64,000 nucleotides of DNA from Eledone cirrhosa (GCA_964016885.1 OZ024761.1:13206001-13270000); one strand, 5' to 3'. Positions 37,127 through 51,050 are shown, counted from the stretch's first letter. Notes: generated by a model not told the origin, from the sequence alone. Made by a program: numbers and translations.

Positions 37127-38852
37127 ACGTCCGCTTTTCCCTGCTTGCAAGGGTGGAACGGGAACTGTTTCTGGCTTGATTTCTACAGCTGGATGCCCTT
37201 CCTAACACCAACCTCATTTACAGTGAGTGCTGGGTGATTTTTTTTCGGTGGTGCCTACATGTCCACTTTACAGTGTGGGCTGGGTGCTTTTTTGCCGTGG
37301 CACCTCCACGACCTATCTATCTCTCGCTCTCTCTCCTTCTCTCTCTCTCTATATATATATGTATGTATGTATATATATATACACACACACACAGACGTGT
37401 ATATTTGTGTGCGTGTGTGTATTGAACTGAAAGAGGTGAGAGAATTCTGGCCGGATACAGCCGGTTTGTATAGAAAGAGGTGAGAGAATTCTGGCTGGTT
37501 ACAGCCAGTTTGAACAGAAAGAGGTGAGAGAATTCTGGCCGGATACAGCCGGTTTGTATAGAAAGAGGTGAGAGAATTCTAGCTGGTTACAGCCAGTTTG
37601 AACAGAAAGGTGATAGAATTCTGTCCAGTTTGAACAGAAAGGGGTGAGAGAATTCTGGCCGGATACAGCCGGTTTGTATAGAAAGAAGTGAGAGAATTCT
37701 GGCTAGTTACAGCCAGTTTGAACAGAAAAAGGTGAGAGAATTCTGGATGGTTACAGCCAGTTTGAACAGAAAGAAGTGAGAGAATTCTGGCCAGTTTTAA
37801 CAGAAAGAAGTGAGAGAATCCTGGCCAGTTACAGCCAGTTTGAACAGAAAGGTGATAGAATTCTGGCCGGTTTGAACAGAAAGAGGTGAAAGAATTCTAA
37901 CCAGTTATGGCCTGTTTGAACTGAAAGGTGAGTGAATTCTGGCCGGATAAAGCCAGTTTCGACAGAAAGAGGTAAGAGAATTCTGGCCAGTTACAGCCAG
38001 TTTGAACAGAAAGAGGTGATAGAATTCTGGCCGGTTACAGCCGGTTTAAATGCTAAAGGGTTAAAGACTTGCTTTAATTTCTGATTACAACTTAGTATTA
38101 AGAGAGGAAAAAACAAAAGCAAAGACAGACAGACAGACAGAAGAATCTGTTAAGTGGAAGGATTGCTATAATAATGTAAAGTGGGGTGTGATGAAAGGAC
38201 AGATATGGTGTGTTTATTTCCATAAAGAGAAGGATATGAGGAACAATAGAAACATGGCCTTTTTCCTGTTTGTTAGAGATAAATAAGTGGTAGAGCACCA
38301 CCTTGATGGTAGGTCATGGATGGTATGGATGAATATTAAGTCACACCACTGCTGGCCACTCAACTAGTTGAACCCTTGAATATCATTGCCTGTATCTTTC
38401 ATAATAAATATGATAATGGAAGTTTTAAAGGGTTTATATTTATTTAAAAACCTTCCATAATTTTATGTAAGAACCTTTGTTAAGTTATGTTCCAAACACC
38501 TACTTATTAATATATTGCTTCTACTATAGGCACAGAGCCAACAATTTTGGGAGAGGGGAAAATCCATTAAATCAACCCCAGTGTATTACTGGTACTTTAT
38601 TTTATCGACCCTGTAAGGATGAAAGGCAAAGTTAACCTCAGCAAGATTTGAACTCAGAACGTAAAGGACCATAACTCTATGCTGCAAATCATTTTGTCCG
38701 AAACTCTACTGATTCTGCCAAACTGTTTTTACTTTAGACACAAGGCCAACAGTTTGGGGAGAGGGGGGAAAATCCCTTAAATCAACCACAGCGAATTACT
38801 GGTACTTTATTTTAGCGACCCCTGCGTAAAGATGAAAGGCAAAGTTAACCTC

Positions 38853-41042
38853 GGCAGGATTTGAACTCAGAACGTAAAGGGCCGTAACTCTATGCCACTA
38901 AGCATGTTGGTCCAACGCCCCAACTGACAGCTGATACTGTCAATCCATTATAATAGTGGGATTGGCAGGAGTGAGGAACTACAAAGATGATGCTCTTTGG
39001 CAGGATTTGAACTCAGAACGTAAAGGGCCGTAACTCTATGCCACTAAGCATGTTGGTCCAACGCCCCAACTGACAGCTGATACTGTCAATCCATTATAAT
39101 AGTGGGATTGGCAGGAGTGAGGAACTACAAAGATGATGCTCTTTGGCAGGATTTGAACTCAGAACGTAAAGGGCCGTAACTCTATGCCACTAAGCATGTT
39201 GGTCCAACGCCCCAACTGACAGCTGATACTGTCAATCCATTATAATAGTGGGATTGGCAGGAGTGAGGAACTACAAAGATGATGCTCTTTGGCAGGATTT
39301 GAACTCAGAACGTAAAGGGCCGTAACTCTATGCCACTAAGCATGTTGGTCCAACGCCCCAACTGACAGCTGATATTGTCAATCCATTATAATAGTGGGAT
39401 TGGCAGGAGTGAGGAACTACAAAGATGATGCTCTTTGGCAGGATTTGAACTCAGAACGTAAAGGGCCGTAACTCTATGCCACTAAGCATGTTGGTCCAAC
39501 GCCCCTACTGACAGCTGATATTGTCAATCCATTATAATAGTGGGATTGGCAGGAATGAGGAACTACAAAGATGATGCTCTTTGGCAGGATTTGAACTCAG
39601 AACGTAAAGGGCCGTAACTCTATGCCACTAAGCATGTTGGTCCAACGCCCCAACTGACAGCTGATATTGTCAATCCATTATAATAGTGGGATTGGCAGGA
39701 GTGAGGAACTACAAAGATGATGCTCTTTGGCAGGATTTGAACTCAGAACGTAAAGGGCCGTAACTCTATGCCACTAAGCATGTTGGTCCAACGCCCCAAC
39801 TGACAGCTGATACTGTCAATCCATTATAATAGTGGGATTGGCAGGAGTGAGGAACTACAAAGATGATGCTCTTTGGCAGGATTTGAACTCAGAACGTAAA
39901 GGGCCGTAACTCTATGCCACTAAGCATGTTGGTCCAACGCCCCAAATGACAGCTGATACTGTCAATCCATTATAATAGTGGGATTGGCAGGAGTGAGGAA
40001 CTACAAAGATGATGCTCTTTGGCAGGATTTGAACTCAGAACGTAAAGGGCCGTAACTCTATGCCACTAAGCATGTTGGTCCAACGCCCCAACTGACAGCT
40101 GATATTGTCAATCCATTATAATAGTGGGATTGGCAGGAGTGAGGAACTACAAAGATGATGCTCTTTGGCAGGATTTGAACTCAGAACGTAAAGGGCCGTA
40201 ACTCTATGCCACTAAGCATGTTGGTCCAACGCCCCTACTGACAGCTGATATTGTCAATCCATTATAATAGTGGGATTGGCAGGAATGAGGAACTACAAAG
40301 ATGATGCTCTTTGGCAGGATTTGAACTCAGAACGTAAAGGGCCGTAACTCTATGCCACTAAGCATGTTGGTCCAACGCCCCAACTGACAGCTGATATTGT
40401 CAATCCATTATAATAGTGGGATTGGCAGGAGTGAGGAACTACAAAGATGATGCTCTTTGACAGGATTTGAACTCAGAACGTAAAGGGCCGTAACTCTATG
40501 CCACTAAGCATGTTGGTCCAACGCCCCAACTGACAGCTGATACTGTCAATCCATTATAATAGTGGGATTGGCAGGAGTGAGGAACTACAAAGATGATGCT
40601 CTTTGGCAGGATTTGAACTCAGAACGTAAAGGGCCGTAACTCTATGCCACTAAGCATGTTGGTCCAACGCCCCAAATGACAGCTGATACTGTCAATCCAT
40701 TATAATAGTGGGATTGGCAGGAGTGAGGAACTACAAAGATGATGCTCTTTGGCAGGATTTGAACTCAGAACATAAAGGGCCGTAACTCTATGCCACTAAG
40801 CATGTTGGTCCAACGCCCCAAATGACAGCTGATACTGTCAATCCATTATAATAGTGGGATTGGCAGGAGTGAGGAACTACAAAGATGATGCTCTTTGGCA
40901 GGATTTGAACTCAGAACGTAAAGGGCCGTAACTCTATGCCACTAAGCATGTTGGTCCAACGCCCCAAATGACAGCTGATACTGTCAATCCATTATAATAG
41001 TGGGATTGGCAGGAGTGAGGAACTACAAAGATGATGCTCTTT
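38853..41042 (-). repeat. 146-bp satellite, 15 copies, SINE-head derived
   Basis: unit period 146 (38855, 39001, 39147...); each unit carries the reverse-strand B box GAGTTCAAATCC. Confidence 0.95.
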
Positions 41043-42586
41043 GATGGTGATTTTTTTTTGTTGAGTTTTTTTTAACAAGGATTGGTTCAAATTGGCAAAT
41101 CGGAAATGTTTTGGTTAGTTGAAGTTAAAGAACTGTGCACTGGTACACTGATTGTCACATGGTCGTATGTATACACAGACATACACATACATACATACAC
41201 ACATACATACATACATGCATACATACACACATATATGCATACATACATACATACATACATACGCACATTTATACATACATACATACATACGCACATATAT
41301 ACATACATACACACATATATACATACATACATACATACATACATACATACACACATACACACATACATACATACATACACACATACACACATGTATACAT
41401 ACATACATACACACACACACACATACATACATGCATACATACATGCATACATACATACATACACAGATACATACATACATATATACATACACACATATAT
41501 ACATACACACATATATACATACATACACACACATACATACATGCATACATGCATACATACACACATACATGCATACATACATGCATACATACATACACAG
41601 ATACATACATACATATATACATACACACATACATCATGCATACATACATACACATACATGCATACACACATACATACATATATGGTGGCTGCCAACTCGT
41701 TTTCGAGGAGGGCCACTACTTTATATCCATGTAGGAGAACCCCTACCGATGCGCTGAACGAGTGTGACTTTTTAGTCCAGCCAACGACTTGAAAACTCTG
41801 GTACAAACACTACACTTGTGACAATTATTGACACATAGTGCTGGGCCCATGGTACCATGTGATGACAGGTGCAGAGAGATCTCTAGATATAAAGCAATGC
41901 CTGTGCCGTGAAGCTTTTATAGTGCGCAAAGGCACTGCACAAAGCCAGTCCCACTCTCTTAACCAAGATGATATTTACCAAAAAGAAGAACAAGTCAACA
42001 TCATTAGATACCATCAGAGTTGCAGGTGTTATATCAGAGTTTTCCTTCTCCTAGAATTCTGCCTTGACAAAGGCTAAGGGGTCATCTCTCCCGGTGATTT
42101 TGGATGGCCATTGACTCTTAAGAGCTCCTTTGTCCTTTGACAGGTTTTGTTTTTAGTCCTGCAGGATGTCCAAAGTCACCCTCCTCACCAAGAAACCTTG
42201 GTGGGGTTGCCAGTTTAGTCGCCAACGACCCGACCATGAGACAGGTTGTACTGGGATACATGTTACCAGTAGCACCAACTGGTGACCTGACATACATACA
42301 TACATATATACATACACACATACATACATACATGCACATATACAGACATACACATATATACATACACACATACATGCATACATGCATACATACATATATA
42401 CATACATACACACACACATACATGGGCATTTCCATCTTCAAAAATCCTTGCTCTCTTTTTGAAGAATAGGCATTCGCAGAGTCCTGTACAAACATGACCC
42501 AACTTGCATCATAATGCTTCCTAATCCAAGGCAAAAGAAACTTCTTCTCAGATTTTACGGGCAAAACCCAGGAGTAGACCTCAAGC

Positions 42587-44565
42587 AAAATGGTTGAATA
42601 ACTTCCAAAATGGTTGGATAACATCCAAAATGGTTGGATAACATCCAAAATGGTTGGATAACATCCAAAATGGTTGGATAACATCCAAAATGGTTGGATA
42701 ACTTCCAAAATGGTTGGATAACATCGAAAATGGTTGGATAACATCGAAAATGGTTGGATAACATCGAAAATGGTTGGATAACATCGAAAATGGTTGGATA
42801 ACATCGAAAATGGTTGGATAACATCGAAAATGGTTGGATAACGTCCAAAATGGTTGGATAACATCCAAAATGGTTGGATAACATCCAAAATGGTTGGATA
42901 ACATCCAAAATGGTTGGATAACATCCAAAATGGTTGGATAACGTCCAAAATGGTTGGATAACATCGAAAATGGTTGGATAACATCGAAAATGGTTGGATA
43001 ACATCCAAAATGGTTGGATAACGTCCAAAATGGTTGGATAACATCCAAAATGGTTGGATAACATCCAAAATGGTTGGATAACATCGAAAATGGTTGGATA
43101 ACATCCAAAATGGTTGGATAACGTCCAAAATGGTTGGATAACATCTAAAATGGTTGGATAACATCCAAAATGGTTGGATAACGTCCAAAATGGTTGGATA
43201 ACATCGAAAATGGTTGGATAACATCCAAAATGGTTGGATAACGTCCAAAATGGTTGGATAACATCCAAAATGGTTGGATAACATCGAAAATGGTTGGATA
43301 ACATCCAAAATGGTTGGATAACGTCCAAAATGGTTGGATAACATCCAAAATGGTTGGATAACATCGAAAATGGTTGGATAACATCGAAAATGGTTGGATA
43401 ACATCCAAAATGGTTGGATAACGTCCAAAATGGTTGGATAACATCCAAAATGGTTGGATAACATCGAAAATGGTTGGATAACATCCAAAATGGTTGGATA
43501 ACGTCCAAAATGGTTGGATAACATCGAAAATGGTTGGATAACATCCAAAATGGTTGGATAACATCCAAAATGGTTGGATAACATCCAAAATGGTTGGATA
43601 ACTTCCAAAATGGTTGGATAACATCGAAAATGGTTGGATAACATCGAAAATGGTTGGATAACATCGAAAATGGTTGGATAACATCGAAAATGGTTGGATA
43701 ACATCGAAAATGGTTGGATAACATCGAAAATGGTTGGATAACGTCCAAAATGGTTGGATAACATCCAAAATGGTTGGATAACATCCAAAATGGTTGGATA
43801 ACATCCAAAATGGTTGGATAACATCGAAAATGGTTGGATAACGTCCAAAATGGTTGGATAACATCGAAAATGGTTGGATAACATCGAAAATGGTTGGATA
43901 ACATCCAAAATGGTTGGATAACGTCCAAAATGGTTGGATAACATCCAAAATGGTTGGATAACATCCAAAATGGTTGGATAACATCGAAAATGGTTGGATA
44001 ACATCGAAAATGGTTGGATAACGTCCAAAATGGTTGGATAACATCTAAAATGGTTGGATAACATCCAAAATGGTTGGATAACGTCCAAAATGGTTGGATA
44101 ACATCGAAAATGGTTGGATAACATCCAAAATGGTTGGATAACGTCCAAAATGGTTGGATAACATCCAAAATGGTTGGATAACATCGAAAATGGTTGGATA
44201 ACATCGAAAATGGTTGGATAACGTCCAAAATGGTTGGATAACATCCAAAATGGTTGGATAACATCGAAAATGGTTGGATAACATCGAAAATGGTTGGATA
44301 ACATCCAAAATGGTTGGATAACGTCCAAAATGGTTGGATAACATCCAAAATGGTTGGATAACATCGAAAATGGTTGGATAACATCCAAAATGGTTGGATA
44401 ACGTCCAAAATGGTTGGATAACATCTAAAATGGTTGGATAACATCCAAAATGGTTGGATAACATCGAAATTGTTGGATAACGTCCAAAATGGTTGGATAA
44501 CATCCAAAATGGTTGGATAACATCTAAAATGGTTGGATAACGTCCAAAATGGTTGGATAACATCC
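42587..44565. repeat. 20-bp minisatellite (~99 copies) with 900-bp higher-order structure
   Basis: AAAATGGTTGGATAACATCC; rare variants recur 900 bp apart. Confidence 0.97.
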
Positions 44566-45169
44566 TTGGCTTGACCTGCTTGGGGATCAAGCCGGATCAG
44601 TTGGAGATGGTTGCTTCTGACAGGACCTGATGGAAGGGGTGTTTGAGGACTCTGTCCCCACGACCCTGTCAGGAATAAGTGGACAAACAAGTAGAGGGTA
44701 CAACTCATTGGAAATTGAACTTATGATCTTACAGTTGTCAGCAGAAGATCGTTACCAGTAAGGTATGCCCTTCACTACAACAGCACCAACACTGCCACCA
44801 CCATAAACTACAACTCAAACAGCAACACCACCACTACCATAACAACAATAACAACAATAATGACACTAGACAAAGACTTCAATTCATTGATGAGGTCAGG
44901 TCAAGTGTCGAGGAGTGGAGTGGAGGGGGGGGGGTGACTCTTGTTTAACGGATGTTTAATAAAGTTTGGGACACACCAACAACTGGAATGTGGTACATGG
45001 TGGTGGTGGTGGTGGTGGTGGTAATGATGGTATGATGGTGCTGATGATAGTAGTGGTGATGAGAGTGGTAGTGGTGGTGGTGATGATAGTGCTGGTGGTT
45101 GTGGTTGTTTACCTGTGATCAAAGATGTTTCGTCCATGACCATCCTGTCTTCTATTTCCTGTGACAGTG

Positions 45170-45700
45170 CAACACTGTCATCATCATCACCACAATCGCC
45201 ATCATCATCACCACCATCACCATCATCATCACCACCATCACCATCATCATCACCACCATCACCATCATCATCACCACAATCACCATCATCATCACCACCA
45301 TCACCATCATCATCACCACCATCACCATCATCATCATCACAATCACCATCATCACCACCACCATCACCTCTCTGTTCTCTTCTCAACTCCCCACCACCAC
45401 CACCACTCCACCACCCCAATCACCATCACCACCACTACAACAACAACACCAACTATAGCCACCACCACCACCACAACAAGAACAACACCAACAATGACCA
45501 CCGCCACCATCACCACCACCACTCTACCACCAACAATGACCCACACCACCACCACCACCACCACCACACCACCACCACCAGCACTGCAACCACCACCACC
45601 ACACCACCACTCCACCAACAATGACCCACACCACCACCACCACCACCACCACACCACCACCACCACCACCACCACCACACCACCACCACCACCACCACAG
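45170..45700. repeat. (CAC/CAT)n low-complexity tract
   Basis: direct inspection. Confidence 0.9.
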
Positions 45701-46114
45701 TAACACTATGCCATCTGTGTTGTATTAGTTTCCCCAACAACAACAACAACGTCATTTGGAAAGACAACTTCCAGCCGACTACATTGATTCCTTTTACTTC
45801 TTCTTCTTTGTTCTTCTTCTTACTCGTGATACAGTTATGAGGAAACTAAAGATGGTATGTTACTTTCTTGTCATTTTTTTTTTACTGTTGACTGGGTGGC
45901 TGTGTGTGGTGTGTGTGTGTATGTGTGTATGTGTATGTCTGTGTGTGTGTGTGTCCATGTATGTATATATATGTGTGTATGTGTATGTATTACAAAACTG
46001 CCAACGACCCTTCTTAGCCTTTCACCATAAACCAAGATGTTGGGCTCACAACATGGCTTCCCAGGGGCTGGTTGGTACATTTGTTTATGGTGAAAGGCTA
46101 AGGGTCGTTGGCAG

Positions 46115-46705
46115 AGTTTTGTATATCTTGGAAGCACTCTTGAGTATGTCCTGCGATCTTGATGGGGAAATATCAAACGGGATACAGAAAGCCAGTGATG
46201 CCTTTGGAAAACTGAACAAGGGTCTCTAGTCTCAAAATTGTTAACCATGTTGCCAACAACAACCCTGAGTACCTTTTCGATTTCCATGTGTCTAACACAC
46301 GTGGACATGCCCACAAAGTAAGAAAACAGCACAGTTCCCATGACTTTCGTAAACATTTTTTCACGCTCAGAGTTGCTGAAGCATGGATCAAACTACCTGC
46401 ATCAGTTGTTAGCTGTCGAGACACTGCATCCTTTAAGGCCTCCATGCTTCCCGAGATCCGCCAACACTACAGCTAACACATACACACATGTACTTCCCTG
46501 ACATTTGTGTATTATTCTATGTACTATATTGACGAGTTGTAGTGCACCTGACCACTTTACACAATAATTTCATTATTATTATAACACGGAATTTCGGTAA
46601 AGACAAAGCTGAAAGTGTATCACGCGTGTGTGCTCGCGGCACTTCTTTATGCTTGTGAGACGTGGGTGGTCTACCGTAGACAGGTGAAGCAACTTGAGAG
46701 GTTCA
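46115..46705 (+). mobile_element. RTE LINE fragment split by the CR1 insertion
   Basis: left part YLGSTL..DGEISNGIQKASDAFGKL; right part HGISVKTKLKVYHACVLAALLYACETW. Confidence 0.75.
46234..46582 (+). mobile_element. CR1/L2-type LINE 3' end nested in an RTE fragment
   Basis: TRGHAHKVRK...RKHFFTLRVAEAWIKLPASVV...SFK motif and (ATT)n tail. Confidence 0.8.
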
Positions 46706-47338
46706 TGGGCCCAGCACAAGGTGTCAGTAATTGTCACTAGTGTCGTGTTTGTACCAGAGTTTTCAAGTCGCTGGCTGGACTAAAAGGCCACACTCGTTCA
46801 GCGCATTGGTAGGGGTTCTCCTACCGATGGATATAAAGTAGTGGCCGTACTCGAAAACGAGTTGGCAGCCACCATATATAAATATTACTCGGGATACAGT
46901 TATGAGGAAACTAAAGGTGGCATGTCTACCATATCTTGTCGTTCTTTACTGTTGACTGGGTGGCTGTGGGTGGTGTGTGGGTCTGTGTCTGTGTGTGTGT
47001 GTGTGGCTGTGTGTGTGTGTGGCTGTGTGTGTGTGTGTCCATGTATGTATGTATATGTGTATATGTATGTATTACTCGCGATACAGTTATGAGGAAACTA
47101 AAGGTGGCATGTCTACCATATCTTGTCATTCTTTACTGTTGACTGGCTGGTGTGTGTCTGTGTGTGTGGGTGGCTGTGTGTGTGTGTGTGGCTGTGTGTA
47201 TGGGTGGCTGTGTGTGTGTGTGTGGCTGTGTGTGTGTGTGTCTGTATGTATGTGTGTGTGTGTGTCTGTATGTATGTGTGTGTGTATGTATGTATGTATG
47301 TATGTATGTATGAATATATGCATCTATCTATATATGTA

Positions 47339-47369
<31 letters not shown>

Positions 47370-47414
47370 ATATGCATCTATCTATATATGTATGTATGTA
47401 TATATGTATCTATC

Positions 47415-47448
<34 letters not shown>

Positions 47449-47624
47449 TGTATATATGTATCTATCTATCTATATATGTATGTATACATATATGTATGTA
47501 TGTTACCTATCATATTTTTTCCGTTCCTTTCTCTTCTCACTCTCAATTTTTTCTATTTCTTCTTTTATTTTTAATTCTATCTTTCTGATGAAGGACCAGT
47601 GTCTGAAACGTTTAAACTCTTTCC

Positions 47625-47935
47625 CAACTATATCAACTACCTGCATGCAACATTCCTTCTGATCAGCATTCAGCAGCCTTGGCACCATTTTCCCACAGAC
47701 TTTCCTCATGCCCAAATCTTTGGTGCTAATCTCCCAAACACTGTCCGTCTTCATGTCCAGCTGACTTGCGACCAACAGTCGACCGAAGGTAACCACACAC
47801 CACCTACCTTACCCGCTTGACATTGAGACATTGATCACAGTCCTGCTTTTTGTTGAAGTCCTCTAGCTCCTGGAGTCATCTTCCATCTCCTCGTGCCCCT
47901 ATTTCAACCTCTTGTGCCACTCAAAACTTGACATA
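47625..47935 (-). mobile_element. mariner transposase N-terminal relic
   Basis: DLGMRKVCGKMVPRLLNADQK (WVPRLL-type motif). Confidence 0.75.
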
Positions 47936-47995
47936 TATGTTGATTTAAAACTTCACTATTCACAAACGTTTTTTAAGCTTCATATCATGTATCCC

Positions 47996-48066
47996 TATTT
48001 TATCTGATGAGAACGCAGATATCATCCCATGATGATATTTGTTTTTGAAATGCGCATAATAAAATA
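47996..48066 (+). ncRNA. Hammerhead ribozyme motif (family B variant)
   Basis: TATTTTAT-CTGATGA-GAACGCAGATATCATC(CCAT)GATGATATTTGTTTTT-GAAA-TGCGCAT-A^ATAAAATA; different stem II and III sequences that still pair. Confidence 0.75.
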
Positions 48067-48199
48067 CTTGGAACTCTTTTAACCATCTTTTGATCTTATA
48101 TTATATATACTCCAGTCCTACAAACTGTAGAGTGCTTCTTATCCGATATTTGCATTGCTTTATTGTATTACAATAAAACTCACCTCCTACATATATATA

Positions 48200-48232
<33 letters not shown>

Positions 48233-48313
48233 CTATATCCGGGAGCTTCCTACAGAAATGGTTGCATTCTTTAAGGGTATGTCAATATTTATTTATAAAA
48301 CTGCTCTATATTA

Positions 48314-48378
48314 TATTTTATCTGATGAAAGCACACCATAATTTAACTTAGTGTCCTTGAAATATGTATAATGAAATA
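48314..48378 (+). ncRNA. Hammerhead ribozyme motif (family B)
   Basis: TATTTTAT-CTGATGA-AAG.ACAC..GTGT.CTT-GAAA-TATGTAT-A^ATGAAATA. Confidence 0.65.
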
Positions 48379-48417
48379 AATATGGTTTTATAAATATAGT
48401 TTCCATTTGTTAATATC

Positions 48418-48502
<85 letters not shown>

Positions 48503-48939
48503 TATATATCTAGAGAGAGTGCCATACTATACAGTAATAAGTTGTTACCTCACAATAAACCACATCTTCAATTAACCATGAAGCCCTACCCCTGGGGGAA
48601 AAACTGGGGCTGGGTAGTTGTGAGGGCAGCAGGGGGAAGGGGTGACAATAGTAGTAGTGGTGGTGATGATGGTAGTAGTAGTAGTGGTGGTGGTGGTGGT
48701 AGAAGTAGTAGTGGTGGTGGTAATTGGTTGTTGTTGGTGGTGGTGGTGGTAGTAGAAGTAGTAGTGGTAGTGGTAGAAGTAGTAGTGGTGGTGGTGGTGG
48801 TAGTTGGTTGTTGTTGGTGGTGGTGTTGTTGGTGGAAGGGGTGGTGTTTGTAGTATTAGTAGTAGTGTTGTTGGTATTGGTGGTAGTAGTAGTAATAATA
48901 GTTACAGTGGTGGTTGTAGTAGTAGTAGTAGTGCTGGGG

Positions 48940-50721
48940 GTGGTGCTAAATACCCATGTACACATTGTAAATTAGCCTAGGGTGCTAAATACCCAGGTAC
49001 ATATTGTAGAACTAGCCTAGGGTACTAAATACCCAGGTACATATTGTAAAATAGCCTAGGGTGCTAAATACCCAGGTACACATTGTAGAGCTAGCCTAGG
49101 GTGCTAAATACCCTGGTACATATTGTAGAGCTAGCCTAGGGTGCTAAATACCCTGGTACATATTGTAGAGCTAGCCTAGGGTGCTAAATACCCAGGCACA
49201 TATTGTAAAATAGCCAAGGGCTCCAAAAACCCAGGTACATATTGTAGAGCTAGCCTAGGGTACTAAATACCCAGGTACATATTGTAAAATAGCCTAGGGT
49301 GCTAAATACCCAGGTACACATTGTAGAGCTAGCCTAGGGTGCTAAATACCCTGGTACATATTGTAGAGCTAGCCTAGGGTGCTAAATACCCAGGTACATA
49401 TTGTAAAGCTAGCCTAGGGTGCTAAATACCCAGGTACATATTGTAGAGCTAGCCTAGGGTGCTAAATACCCAGGTACATATTGTAGAGCTAGCCTAGGGT
49501 GCTAAAAACCCTGGTACATATTGTAGAGCTAGCTTAGGGTGCTAAATACCCAGGTACATATTGTAGAGCTAGCTTAGGGTGCTAAATACCCAGGTACATA
49601 TTGTAGAGCTAGCCTAGGGTGCTAAAAACCCTGGTACATATTGTAGAGCTAGCCTAGGGTGCTAAATACCCAGGTACATATTGTAGAGCTAGCCTAGGGT
49701 GCTAAAAACCCTGGTACATATTGTAGAGCTAGCCTAGGGTGCTAAATACCCAGGTACATATTGTAGAGCTAGCCTAGGGTGCTAAATACCCTGGTACATA
49801 TTGTAGAGCTAGCCTAGGGTGCTAAATACCCAGGTACATATTGTAGAGCTAGCCTAGGGTGCTAAATACCCAGGTACATATTGTAGAGCTAGCCTAGGGT
49901 GCTAAAAACCCTGGTACATATTGTAGAGCTAGCCTAGGGTGCTAAATACCCAGGTACATATTGTAGAGCTAGCCTAGGGTGCTAAAAACCCTGGTACATA
50001 TTGTAGAGCTAGCTTAGGGTGCTAAATACCCAGGTACATATTGTAGAGCTAGCCTAGGGTGCTAAAAACCCTGGTACATATTGTAGAGCTAGCCTAGGGT
50101 GCTAAATACCCAGGTACATATTGTAGAGCTAGCCTAGGGTGCTAAAAACCCTGGTACATATTGTAGAGCTAGCCTAGGGTGCTAAATACCCAGGTACATA
50201 TTGTAAAGCTAGCCTAGGGTGCTAAATACCCAGGTACATATTGTAGAGCTAGCTTAGGGTGCTAAATACCCAGGTACATATTGTAGAGCTAGCCTAGGGT
50301 GCTAAATACCCAGGTACATATTGTAGAGCTAGCCTAGGGTGCTAAATACCCAGGTACATATTGTAGAGCTAGCCTAGGGTGCTAAATACCCAGGTACATA
50401 TTGTAGAGCTAGCCTAGGGTGCTAAATACCCTGGTACATATTGTAGAGCTAGCCTAGGGTGCTAAATACCCTGGTACATATTGTAGAGCTAGCCTAGGGT
50501 GCTAAATACCCTGGTACATATTGTAGAGCTAGCCTAGGGTGCTAAATACCCAGGTACATATTGTAGAGCTAGCCTAGGGTGCTAAATACCCAGGTACATA
50601 TTGTAGAGCTAGCCTAGGGTGCTAAAAACCCTGGTACATATTGTAGAGCTAGCCTAGGGTGCTAAATACCCTGGTACATATTGTAGAGCTAGCCTAGGGC
50701 TCCAAAAACCCAGGTACATAT
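48940..50721. repeat. 40-bp satellite (~44 copies)
   Basis: GGGTGCTAAATACCCAGGTACATATTGTAGAGCTAGCCTA. Confidence 0.97.
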
Positions 50722-50897
50722 ATATCTTAAAGTAGAAAATTGTGAAATAAATGATTTTAAACTTTAAAATATAATTTAAAAATTGCTTAAATGGAATTTA
50801 AAATTACACACACATATATATATAGTATATGAAAACATATAAATGTATATATATATATATATATTTACAAATATATATATACACACATATATATTTG

Positions 50898-50934
<37 letters not shown>

Positions 50935-50995
50935 TTATATGTTTTCATATACTATATATATATACACACATATATGTATACAGACACATACACAT

Positions 50996-51039
<44 letters not shown>

Positions 51040-51047
<8 letters not shown>

Positions 51048-51050
51048 TGG

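Noticed and set aside
38853-41042. Possible tandem retrozyme or tRNA gene array
   Set aside because: No CTGANGA/GAAA core on either strand and no cloverleaf; it is a SINE-head derivative.
41082-41806. Overlapping 130-240-aa His/Tyr/Thr-rich ORFs
   Set aside because: (CATA)n/(CA)n microsatellite; same for the ORFs at 16.4, 31, 34-35, 47, 51 and 56 kb.
42118-44708. 768-aa and 717-aa ORFs on the minus strand
   Set aside because: Translations of the 20-bp minisatellite, which is largely stop-free on that strand; no splice signals or domain content.
44901-45767. His/Pro/Asp-rich ORFs
   Set aside because: (CAC/CAT)n trinucleotide tracts open in most frames.
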